Shown one piece after another: positions 50,077-58,466 of a stretch of DNA of 64,000 nucleotides. Under the pieces are notes generated by a model that worked only from the letters and a program-made list of their open reading frames with translations, did not search any database and was not told where the DNA came from. Position numbers and translations under genes: made by a program. This DNA comes from Eubacteriales bacterium. Its GTDB lineage: Bacteria > Bacillota > Clostridia > Christensenellales > Aristaeellaceae. The number at the start of each line of letters is the position of its first letter. The first letter of the stretch is position 1. The stretch is taken from positions 8,181-72,180 of the forward strand of contig JAVBRJ010000004.1 in assembly GCA_031548115.1 (NCBI GenBank), written 5' to 3'.

Positions 50077-50105
50077 TTGACACCGTCCCAGCCAAGCGGT
50101 AGGAT
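50077..50105 (+). promoter_or_regulatory. Promoter candidate of the amidohydrolase gene
   Basis: TTGACA, 17-nt spacer, TAGGAT. Confidence 0.5.
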
Positions 50106-50138
50106 GGGTACGTATGTTACAGCAAAGGAGCGCTCCCC

Positions 50139-50930
50139 TTGACCATTATCGACACTCACGCCCATATTTATCCTGACGCCATCGCCCAAAAGGCGGCTGC
50201 GTCCATCGGCGAATTCTATGATATCCCCATGTGCAAGGATGGCACTTTGGGCACCCTTTTGTCCCTTGGGGATGAGGCGGGCATCTCCCGTTTTCTGGTG
50301 CACAGCGTAGCCGTCACCTGGGAGCGGGTGCACAGCATCAATGATTATTTGATGCGCACCGTTTCGGAGCATCCCGACCGGCTGATCGGCTTTGGCACCA
50401 TGCACCCGGACCATCCCCAGGCCCGGGCGGAGCTGGAGCGCATCAAGGCCGGAGGCCTTAAGGGCGTGAAGCTGCACCCCGATTTTCAATATTTTGACCT
50501 GGACGATCCCAAAGCCATTGCCCTGTTTGAGGAAATGGCGGACCTGTCCCTGCCGCTGCTCACCCATATGGGCGACAAGCGCTATACCTACAGCCAGCCT
50601 GCCCGTCTGGAAAGGGCCCTTAAGGCCGTGCCCGATCTCCGGGTCATTGGCGCGCATTTGGGGGGCTGGTCCGTATGGGACGAGGCCTGGAAGACCCTGG
50701 CCGGGCATCCCAATGTGTGGGTGGACTGCTCCTCCAGCCTGTACGCCCTGGGGCCGGAAAAGGCGGCGGAGATCATCCGCCGCTATGGCACGGACCGGGT
50801 GTTCTTTGGCGCAGATTATCCCATGTGGAACCCCGTGGAGGAGGTGCAGCGGCTCTTGGCGCTGCCCTTGACCCCCGATGAGCAGGAGGATATCTTTCAC
50901 CGAAACTTCGAAGCCTTTATGCCTCTTTAA
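50139..50930 (+). CDS. Amidohydrolase family protein (Amidohydro_2 / TIM-barrel metal hydrolase)
   Basis: TTG start lies 8 nt after AAAGGAG. IIDTHAHIYP, GVKLHPDFQ, LLTHMG, IGAHLGG and FGADYPMW are present. Confidence 0.85.
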   Translation: MTIIDTHAHIYPDAIAQKAAASIGEFYDIPMCKDGTLGTLLSLGDEAGISRFLVHSVAVTWERVHSINDYLMRTVSEHPDRLIGFGTMHPDHPQARAELERIKAGGLKGVKLHPDFQYFDLDDPKAIALFEEMADLSLPLLTHMGDKRYTYSQPARLERALKAVPDLRVIGAHLGGWSVWDEAWKTLAGHPNVWVDCSSSLYALGPEKAAEIIRRYGTDRVFFGADYPMWNPVEEVQRLLALPLTPDEQEDIFHRNFEAFMPL

Positions 50931-52065
50931 CGGCGTCCTCGTCCTTGGGCGCATCCTTCGGCGCATCCTTCCGCCCCAAGGAGAAGGGCAGCAGCCAGCG
51001 GACGGCCTCCGTCCCCGCGCTAAAGAGCATCCCCAGCATTTTGCGAACATCGTGCCGGGCCTCCGGGTCCAGCTCCCGAAGCGCCTCCAGCATCCTGCGG
51101 GCGCTTTCGTGCCATTCGTGCACCAAGCCGTTGACGGTCTCTGCCTGGGAGGCGGCCACCACCTGGTACAGCGTGTCCACCAGCATCCTACGGGAGTCCA
51201 TGTCCATTTCCTTAAGCCAGGTATGGATAGCCTCATCCGTCAGCCTGCCGGTGAAATTCAGGTTCTCCAGGGCTATGAACGCTCCGTCCTTCACCTGCCA
51301 GGTCATGGCGTCATGCTGCAATATCCCCAGGCTCTTGCCATAGACCACAGTATAGACCGGGTGATAGTGCAGCAGCATGCCCACCACGCTGCTTTGTGGG
51401 ATATAGCTCTGTATCCGCTCCCGGACCAGCTCGTAGCCGATGCTGGCCAGGGTGTCCTCGTCCATGCCCGGGCCATCGAAGCTATATATCCGCTGGACCC
51501 TATCCCGCGTGTCCCCGTCGGCATTGGCTCCGGCGTATACGGCCAGGTTGCCGCCCTTGCTGTGCCCAGCTAGGAGCAGTGCGTGGCCGTTTTGGGCGGC
51601 GACCCGCTGGAGGTACTCCACCGCCTCCTGCTGAGAGGGCACCACCATAAAGGACATGTTCAGGTCCTCTTTCCAGCCCGCCAGGGTCAGATCCGTCCCC
51701 CGGTAGGCGATAGCCATCTGCCCCATAGGCATATCAAAGGCGCACACGGCAAACTGCATCTCCCGCTGTACGTCGATCGTATTAACATAATCATGGATCT
51801 CCCAGCGCTCATACCTGGGCTGGGTGGCGCACAGCTCGGTGAGGGCATAGCGCTTACGCTGGAAGGGGTCGGTAAAGCTGTCCGGGTAAGCGCCACTTAA
51901 AAATATCCACAGCTCCTGAATGGTGGCCCTTTCCCCGTGGTCCAGAAAGCCCTCCATGGGCATATATACGATCTGGGTCAATACCAGGGCATCCAGCTCG
52001 TCAAAGGGGCGCTCCTCCAGGGTCTTATGTCCTATGGCGACTACGTGATCCTCAATATTCGGCAT
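50917..52065 (-). CDS. DUF2974 (Mbeg1-like) alpha/beta-hydrolase family protein
   Basis: Start ATG 52065 lies behind AGGGGGA. IAYRGTDLTLAGWKEDL and the nucleophile elbow LAGHSKGGNLA are present. The 3' end overlaps the convergent amidohydrolase gene by 14 nt. Confidence 0.85.
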   Translation of the reverse strand: MPNIEDHVVAIGHKTLEERPFDELDALVLTQIVYMPMEGFLDHGERATIQELWIFLSGAYPDSFTDPFQRKRYALTELCATQPRYERWEIHDYVNTIDVQREMQFAVCAFDMPMGQMAIAYRGTDLTLAGWKEDLNMSFMVVPSQQEAVEYLQRVAAQNGHALLLAGHSKGGNLAVYAGANADGDTRDRVQRIYSFDGPGMDEDTLASIGYELVRERIQSYIPQSSVVGMLLHYHPVYTVVYGKSLGILQHDAMTWQVKDGAFIALENLNFTGRLTDEAIHTWLKEMDMDSRRMLVDTLYQVVAASQAETVNGLVHEWHESARRMLEALRELDPEARHDVRKMLGMLFSAGTEAVRWLLPFSLGRKDAPKDAPKDEDAVKEA

Positions 52066-52166
52066 TTGTATTTCCCCCTTTATACTTCCAGTATAACGGA
52101 TTGCATCCCGCCTGGCAATGGTGTATACTACTGTTAAGTCTTTCACACTGAAAGGAGACCTCTTGT

Positions 52167-52700
52167 ATGAAAAAAATAGCCGTTATGCTACTGGCTGCCC
52201 TTATTTGTCTCAGCACTGCCTGTGCCCTGGCCGCAGATTATACCTCCACCGCTGGATTTGCCATCACCTATGACGACCAGGTATATACCCTGGACGACCA
52301 GACCTACCTGGAGGAGAACCCCAACGACGAGCTGCGTTGGCTTTTCATGCTCTACGATGATAAAATGATCATCGAGTCCGAGATCGAAAAGCTGCTGGAC
52401 TACCCTGAGCTGGATTTCCGGACCGCCAGCGAGGAAGATCGGCAAAGCTATATCAATTACTTTATGGATGCCTGCGCCGATGAAAACCCCATCCTGGTCA
52501 ACTCGCTGATCACCGAGGACCAAAACCTGCCCATCCTGGTCTTCTCCCTGGAGGACGAGGAGGGCACCTATTACATGGCGGAAACCGTACTGGACGGCTG
52601 CGCTATTGATTTCTACTGCTACTACGATGTTGGCAACGTGGACAGCCAGCTCCTGGATCAGCTGGAAGGCGTTATGCTTTCTTTTATGACAGTGGAGTGA
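52167..52700 (+). CDS. Secreted acidic protein of unknown function (177 aa)
   Basis: The signal peptide is MKKIAVMLLAALICLSTACALA. RBS GAAAGGAGA. Confidence 0.55.
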   Translation: MKKIAVMLLAALICLSTACALAADYTSTAGFAITYDDQVYTLDDQTYLEENPNDELRWLFMLYDDKMIIESEIEKLLDYPELDFRTASEEDRQSYINYFMDACADENPILVNSLITEDQNLPILVFSLEDEEGTYYMAETVLDGCAIDFYCYYDVGNVDSQLLDQLEGVMLSFMTVE

Positions 52701-52704
52701 CCTT

Positions 52705-52770
52705 CCGCCCATAGAAAACCTCCCAAGGCAGCATGCATGAGCTGATCTTGGGAGGTTTTTCTATGGGCGG
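52705..52770 (+). terminator. Long inverted repeat, terminator-like hairpin
   Basis: CCGCCCATAGAAAACCTCCCAAG (52705-52727) pairs with CTTGGGAGGTTTTTCTATGGGCGG (52747-52770), giving 23 bp with a 1-nt bulge. The 19-nt loop contains GCATGC. Confidence 0.5.
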
Positions 52771-52956
52771 TATACATACGCTTATACCGTTTTTGTGCCT
52801 GCGGTGCTAAAGAAGCCTAAGGAGTGATAGGCCAGGGTGTCAGCATCTTTAAACACAATGGTTGAGTAAAAATCACTTTTTAAGTCAAGGTGGGTATCTT
52901 CCAAGGAACGGTCTTGCGCATAGGCCGGCAGCTTCCACATGCGCCCGGGCTTTTTC

Positions 52957-54420
52957 TTATTCGGCCTCCAGCATTCCCAGCATGATCTCCCGCAGCTTCT
53001 CTGGGTCGGCCTTGCCCTTGGTGGCGGCCATGGCCTTGCCCATCAGCGCCTTTTCCACGCTCGTTTTGCCCCCCCGGTAGCTTGCTGCCATGTCCGGGTT
53101 CTCCGCGATCACCTGGGCCGCCGCCGCCCTCAGCGGGCCCGCATCCGTCATAGAGAACAGATCGTGCTCCGTAGCATAGGCCTCCGGGTCCTGATCGGCT
53201 TCAAACAGCGCCGCCAATATCTTCTTCCCGGTGGAGCTGTTCACCTGGGCCTGGGCCATCATGTCCGATAGCTTGGCCAGGTTTTCCGGCGCAATGGGCA
53301 GAGAATCCGCATCCCGCTCCCCGGTGTGCTCGGTATCCCGCAGGGTCAGCTGGGCAAAGACCTCTCCTAGTATCAGGTTTGCAGCGGCCACGGGGCTTTG
53401 GGCCGCCTGGGCTGCCTTTTCAAAATACTCCGCCAGCCACCTTTCGGCGGTCAGCTGCTCCGCCGCGTAGGCGGTGAGCCCGTAGTTCTCCATGTACTGG
53501 GCGCAGCGGGCATCTGGCAGGGTGGGGATGCGGCCCCGTATCTCCGCCAGCTCCTCCGGGGAAAGGTACACCTCCGGCAGGTCCGGCTCCGGAAAATAGC
53601 GATAGTCCGCGCTGTTTTCCTTCCGGCGCATAGAGATGGTCTTGCCGCTCTTCTGGTCGTAGCGGCGGGTCTCCTGCACGATGGTCTCCCCCGCGTCCAG
53701 CAGTGCCGCCTGCCGCTGGTACTCGGCGGCGATGGCCTTTTCTACGCTCTGGAAGGAGTTGAGGTTCTTCATTTCCGTGCGGATGCCAAAGGGCTCCCCG
53801 GGCTTTCTTAGGCTCAGGTTCACATCGCAGCGCAGGCTGCCCTCGTTCATCTTGCAATCGCTGACCCCGGTATAGGTAAGGATAGCCCGAAGCTTTCGCA
53901 GGTAGGCCACGGCCTCCTCGGCGCTGCGGATGTCCGGCTCCGACACGATCTCGATCAGTGGCACGCCGCAGCGGTTCATGTCCAAAAGGGTGCCGTTCAC
54001 GCTGTCGTGAAGCAGCTTGCCTGCGTCCTCCTCGATATGGATGCGGGTGATGCCCACCTTCTTCTCTCCCTGGCTGGTGTGGATGATCAGGTGACCGTTT
54101 TCGCAGATGGGCCGGTAAAACTGGCTGATCTGATACGCCTTGGGCAGGTCGGGGTAAAAATAATTTTTCCGGTCAAAGCGGCTTCGGTGGTGCACATGCG
54201 CATCCAGCGCCATTCCTGCCATGGCCGCCAGCCACAGGGCCTTACGGTTGAACACCGGCAGGGCCCCCGGCAGGCCCATGCACACCGGGCATACATGGGC
54301 GTTGGGCTCGGCCCCAAAGGCGTTCCTGCAGCTGCAAAAGACCTTACTTTCCGTGCGCAGCTCCACGTGGGTCTCCAGGCCGATGACCATTTCATAGGCG
54401 TGCTTTGATATCGTGGTCAT
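52957..54420 (-). CDS. gatB: Asp-tRNA(Asn)/Glu-tRNA(Gln) amidotransferase subunit B
   Basis: YEMVIGLETHVELRTESKVFCSC... 487 aa. The ATG overlaps the gatA stop (ATGA). Confidence 0.97.
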   Translation of the reverse strand: MTTISKHAYEMVIGLETHVELRTESKVFCSCRNAFGAEPNAHVCPVCMGLPGALPVFNRKALWLAAMAGMALDAHVHHRSRFDRKNYFYPDLPKAYQISQFYRPICENGHLIIHTSQGEKKVGITRIHIEEDAGKLLHDSVNGTLLDMNRCGVPLIEIVSEPDIRSAEEAVAYLRKLRAILTYTGVSDCKMNEGSLRCDVNLSLRKPGEPFGIRTEMKNLNSFQSVEKAIAAEYQRQAALLDAGETIVQETRRYDQKSGKTISMRRKENSADYRYFPEPDLPEVYLSPEELAEIRGRIPTLPDARCAQYMENYGLTAYAAEQLTAERWLAEYFEKAAQAAQSPVAAANLILGEVFAQLTLRDTEHTGERDADSLPIAPENLAKLSDMMAQAQVNSSTGKKILAALFEADQDPEAYATEHDLFSMTDAGPLRAAAAQVIAENPDMAASYRGGKTSVEKALMGKAMAATKGKADPEKLREIMLGMLEAE

Positions 54421-56024
54421 TTCCCGTTCCCTCCCTTCACCGCGTCATAGGGGCGCAGACCCTTGTTTACTTCATATCGGCTTTCATAGGCCGCCCCGAT
54501 GCTCAACAGATGCGCTAGGCTATCTCGCGCCCCCATCAGACTCAGGCCGATGGGCAGGCCCGTTTCCGTCAGCCCACAGGGCAACGACAGGGCAGGTAGC
54601 CCCGTGATATTGGCGGGGACGGTGTAGATATCCCCCATGTACATAGCCATGGGGTCGCTTTTTTAGCCCAGCGTGTAGGCGGCGGTGGGGGTCACCGGGG
54701 TCAGCAGGCCGTCGCAGTCCGCAAGGGCCTGATTCACCTCGTCCCTAAGGATCTCCCGGACCTCCTGGGCCTTTAAATAATACTGGTCCTGATAGCCGCT
54801 GGACAGGGCGAAGGTGCCCAGCAAAATGCGGCGCTTCACCTCCAGGCCAAAGCCCTCCTGACGGCTCTTGCGATATAGCTCGTCCAGGTCCCCATACTCC
54901 GCCCTGCGGTAGCCGTAGCGCACGCCATCGAACCGGGCCAGGTTGCTGGAGGCCTCCGCGCTGGAGATCACGTAATAGGCAGGCAGGGCCGCAGACAGCG
55001 AGGGAATGGATACCTCCTTCACCTCCGCCCCCATGGCCCGGAAGCTATCCGCCGCTTTAAGCAGCGCGTCCCTCACTTCGCAGTCCAAGCCCTCCCCAAA
55101 GCACTCCTTGGGGAGGCCTAAGCGCAGACCTTTCAGGGGCAGGTCCTGGGGACAGGGCGGGGCATCCGCCTCCATCGCTCCGAAGGCCCCGGCCAGGCTC
55201 CCATCGCTGGTGGCATCGTGCTCATCCTCTCCGGCGATAATATCCAGCACCAGGGCGGCATCCTGCACGGTCTTGGCGATAGGCCCGATCTGGTCCAGGG
55301 AGCTGGCAAAGGCGATGAGCCCATATCGGCTGACAGTGCCATAGGCGGGCTTCACCCCCGCCACCCCGCAAAAGGCCGCAGGCTGGCGGATACTGCCGCC
55401 GGTGTCGCTGCCTAGGGCCACGGGGGCCATCCCTGCCGCCACCGCCGCCGCGCTGCCCCCGGAGGAGCCGCCTGGCACGCAGCTAAGGTCCCAGGGGTTC
55501 TTGGTCTTTCCAAAATAGCTGGTCTCGGTGCTGCCGCCCATGGCGAACTCATCCATGTTCACTCGGCCCAAAATGGGCATCCCTGCGGCCTTAAGCTTTG
55601 TGATCACCGTCGCGTCATAGGGGGACACAAAGTCCTCCAGCATTCGGCTAGCACAGGCGCTCGTATGGCCCTTGATGACGATATTGTCCTTGATGGCGAT
55701 GGGAATGCCGTCCAGACGGCTCAGTGGCTTGCCTGCTGCCCGGCGGGCATCCGAGGCCGCCGCTTCCTTCAGGGCCTCCTCCTCAAACACCTCCAAAAAG
55801 GCGTTAATATTTTTATTCTGCAAGGCAATGCTTTCCAGGTAGGCCTTTACGATGTTAACAGAGGTGGTCTCGCCCCTGTCCAGCAGCCTGCACAGCGCCT
55901 CCACCGTCCGCCCGCACAGGGCCGGTATGGCTTCCCCCGCTTTTGGCGTTGCGTTGGCTGCTTCCGTTGCGTTGGCTGCTTTCGTTGCGTTGGCTGCCTC
56001 CGTTGCGTTCATTGTTTTCGTCAT
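54417..56024 (-). pseudogene. gatA: Amidotransferase subunit A with one in-frame TAA (54663-54665)
   Basis: The two ORF-track pieces (54663-56228 and 54417-54650) are in the same frame. The sequence reads ...[41 protein letters not shown]. Amidase signature GGSSGGSAAAVAAG is present. Start ATG 56024 lies behind AAGGAGGGG. Confidence 0.85.
55948..56009 (-). repeat. 18-bp tandem repeat x3.4 inside the 5' end of gatA
   Basis: The plus-strand units are GTTGCGTTGGCTGCTTCC, GTTGCGTTGGCTGCTTTC and GTTGCGTTGGCTGCCTCC, followed by a partial GTTGCGTT. They encode NATEAA-NATKAA-NATEAA-NAT. Confidence 0.85.
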
Positions 56025-56037
56025 GCGCGTCCCCTCC

Positions 56038-56322
56038 TTACTCAAAGGTCCTGGGCACGGTGATATACCGCCCGCTGGTAGTCCTGGCGTTCCCAAGCAC
56101 CGCCTGGGTGGATAGCCCTTCCTTCGCCACATCCTCCCGCATGGGGGCGGGCTGAGGCTTAGGCCGGTCCAAAGGCGCTTCCTTCTGGATAGCGCCCAGC
56201 GCGCCGGCAAAATCCACGATGCTGCCAAACTCGGCGGCCATGCGGCCCTCCTCCGCCTGGGACAGCGTCAGCATGGACAGCAGGGCGGCGGTCTCCACCG
56301 TCTCCTTGGAGCGCTTGCGCAT
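56038..56322 (-). other. gatC: GatC-like segment with its own internal RBS and ATG
   Basis: AAGGAGG lies 5 nt before ATG 56322. The 94-aa product is MRKRSKETVETAALLSMLTLSQAEEGRMAAEFGSIVDFAGALGAIQKEAPLDRPKPQPAPMREDVAKEGLSTQAVLGNARTTSGRYITVPRTFE. Its size and pattern (V..A.L..L.L...E......F..I..F...L, ...REDV..., ...Y..VPR..E) match GatC. Confidence 0.75.
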
Positions 56323-58116
56323 GTGCTCCTCCTTGGCGTCCTGGGCACTGTCCACGCCAAGCCTCAGGGCAGCCAGCTGGGCCGCGTCCACAAAATCCGG
56401 CGCACCGGTCAAAAAGCAGCTGGCATCCCGGACCTTGGGAAAGGCGATGACCTCCCGCAGGGAGCTGGCCCCTCGCAGCAGCATGCAAAGTCGATCCACC
56501 CCAAAGGCAAAGCCCGCATGGGGCGGCGTGCCAAAGCGGAAAGCATCCAGCAGGAAGCCGAAGCGCTCCTGGGCCTCCTCCTTGGAGAAGCCCAGGGCCG
56601 TAAAGACCTGGCTTTGGATGTCCCCCCGGTGGATACGGACGCTGCCGCTGCCCAGCTCCACACCGTTTAGCACCACGTCGTAGGCCTGAGACCGGACCAG
56701 GGGCTTGGTGGCATCATCCAGCATCTTATCCACATCCTCTAAAAAGGGCATGGTGAAGGGGTGGTGCATGGCGGCGTAGCGGCCCTCGTCCTTCTTGTAT
56801 TCAAACATGGGGAAATCCGTCACCAGGGCGAACTGGAAGGCGGTTTTGTCTATCAGGTCCATGATCTCCCCGCATCGGACCCGAAGACCCGATAGCACCC
56901 GGCGGACGGTGTCCAGCTCATCCGCGCAAAACAGCAGGAAGTCCCCGCTCTCCACACCCATTTTTTCTTCCAGGGCACGCAGGCCGTCCTCCGTAAAATA
57001 TTTGGGCAAGATGGAGTTGATCTCCCCGTTTTCCTTATACAGTATCCAGGCCATGCCCTTGGCCCCCAGCTTTAAGGCCAGGTCTGTCAGCTGGTCGATG
57101 GTGGAGCGGGTAAAGACGCTATTTGCGCCCTTGACGTTGATGCACCGCACCACGCCCCCGGCCTTGATGGCCGCGGTAAAGACGGAGAAGTGGGTTCCTC
57201 CGGCGATGTCCGATACATCCACAATGGGCAGCTGGAAGCGCAGGTCCGGCTTGTCGTTGCCGTAGCGGTCCATGGCCTCGTGCCAGGTCAGCCTGAGGAA
57301 AGGCCGCTCCAGCTCCTTCCCCATCACCCGCCGATACAGCCCCGTAAACAGCCCTTGCAGGAAGGCCAGCATATCCTCCTGGTCCACGAAGCTGCGCTCC
57401 ATGTCCACCTGGGTAAACTCCGGCTGGCGGTCTGCCCGCAGGTCCTCGTCCCGGAAGCACCGGGCCACCTGGTAATATTTCTCCACCCCGGATACCATCA
57501 GCAGCTGCTTGTAAATTTGAGGGCTTTGGGGCAGGGCGTAAAAGGTGCCGGGGTGCACCCGGCTGGGCACCAGGTAATCCCGGGCCCCCTCAGGGGTGGA
57601 TTTGCAGAGTATGGGGGTCTCCACCTGCAAAAAGCCGTCGTCATCCAGCATACGCTGGGTCTCCCGGATAAGCATGTGCCTGAACTTTAAGTTTTCGTAC
57701 ATTTGGGGCCTGCGCAGGTCCAGGTAGCGGTATTTCAGCCGCAGCTCATCCCGCACGGGCTCCTCGTCCGTCAGGGAGAAGGGCAGCGTATCCGCAGCGC
57801 TGAGCACCTCCATATGGTGGGCCTCCAGCTCGATCTCTCCCGTGGGCAGCGCCGGATTGTAGGTGCTCTCATCCCGTAGGCGCACCTTTCCCGTAATCCG
57901 CACGCAGCTTTGGTTTTTCAGTTTTTCGGCGGCAGCGAAGCTGTCTCCCGTGGCAATAGCCAGGTCGAACACCGTTTGCAACGTGCCCTCCCGGTCCCGC
58001 ACGTCCACGAAGATGATCCCGCCCATATCCCGTCGGGTCAGTGCCCAGCCGCAGATAGTGGCCTCCTGGCCGATGTGCATCCGGCGTAGCGCGCCGCAAT
58101 CGTGGGACTTAAACAA
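56038..58116 (-). CDS. aspS: Aspartate--tRNA ligase continuous in frame with a GatC-like C-terminal module (692 aa)
   Basis: Start TTG 58116 lies 7 nt after GGAGGG. The AspRS body runs from FKSHDCGALR...GWALTRRDMGGIIFVDVRDREG to ...IAFPKVRDASCFLTGAP. There is no stop before the GatC-like segment. The TAA at 56038-56040 overlaps the gatA RBS. Confidence 0.85.
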   Translation of the reverse strand: MFKSHDCGALRRMHIGQEATICGWALTRRDMGGIIFVDVRDREGTLQTVFDLAIATGDSFAAAEKLKNQSCVRITGKVRLRDESTYNPALPTGEIELEAHHMEVLSAADTLPFSLTDEEPVRDELRLKYRYLDLRRPQMYENLKFRHMLIRETQRMLDDDGFLQVETPILCKSTPEGARDYLVPSRVHPGTFYALPQSPQIYKQLLMVSGVEKYYQVARCFRDEDLRADRQPEFTQVDMERSFVDQEDMLAFLQGLFTGLYRRVMGKELERPFLRLTWHEAMDRYGNDKPDLRFQLPIVDVSDIAGGTHFSVFTAAIKAGGVVRCINVKGANSVFTRSTIDQLTDLALKLGAKGMAWILYKENGEINSILPKYFTEDGLRALEEKMGVESGDFLLFCADELDTVRRVLSGLRVRCGEIMDLIDKTAFQFALVTDFPMFEYKKDEGRYAAMHHPFTMPFLEDVDKMLDDATKPLVRSQAYDVVLNGVELGSGSVRIHRGDIQSQVFTALGFSKEEAQERFGFLLDAFRFGTPPHAGFAFGVDRLCMLLRGASSLREVIAFPKVRDASCFLTGAPDFVDAAQLAALRLGVDSAQDAKEEHMRKRSKETVETAALLSMLTLSQAEEGRMAAEFGSIVDFAGALGAIQKEAPLDRPKPQPAPMREDVAKEGLSTQAVLGNARTTSGRYITVPRTFE

Positions 58117-58144
58117 TGGTTTTCCCTCCGTTCCTTGTTGGGGG

Positions 58145-58431
58145 AGGGTCAAAAAAAGCCCTCGCCCCCATGTCGGGGCGAAAGGCTGCTATTACATACC
58201 TTCCGCGGTACCACCCGCGTTGAACGCCAAGGCGTTCCTCTCTTTGACGGAAACAGCGGCGTCCCGCGATTTCCCTACGCTATATCGGGCGCGCCCGTCC
58301 GCGTCTACTAGGCCAAAGCCGTTTGGGCGGATGCTCAGGGCTGTTCTTCCCCCCTGCGAGCCTGCCGCGCTTCCACCGTCCGCAGCTCTCTAAAAAGCTC
58401 CTGCAAAGGCTACTCTTCCCGTCATTGCCTT
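58145..58431 (-). promoter_or_regulatory. T-box riboswitch leader with apparent Asn (AAC) specifier, controlling aspS-gatCAB
   Basis: The T-box sequence CAACGCGGGTGGTACCGCGG is the reverse complement of 58203-58222. The terminator GCCTTTCGCCCC-GACAT-GGGGGCGAGGGC plus T7 lies at 58151-58186. The K-turn element is AATGACGGGAAGAGTAG, and AGAGAG and GGTGGAA distal elements are present. The specifier segment GGGAAGAACAGCCCTGAGCAT aligns with GGGACATTCACTTCTGAGCAT of the pheS leader, placing AAC (58343-58345) opposite TTC. Confidence 0.85.
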
Positions 58432-58437
58432 GGACGT

Positions 58438-58466
58438 AGTATAGGCGCGGAAGGGGTAAAAGTCAA
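58438..58466 (-). promoter_or_regulatory. Promoter of the aspS T-box leader
   Basis: On the minus strand: TTGACT (58461-58466), 17-nt spacer, TATACT (58438-58443). Confidence 0.6.

Noticed and set aside
50917-50930. 14-nt convergent overlap of the amidohydrolase and DUF2974 gene ends.
   Set aside because: Short 3'-3' overlaps are common and need no special explanation. The only notable point is that no terminator separates the two genes.
54663-56228. 68-codon N-terminal extension of gatA in the ORF track (MAASWILPARW...). Comparable 5' extensions occur at 1856, 5015, 6264, 24642, 44247, 42247, 40811, 52146 and 58152.
   Set aside because: The extensions overlap upstream genes or leaders and lack RBSs. 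Internal starts with good Shine-Dalgarno sequences coincide with the conserved N-termini of the families.
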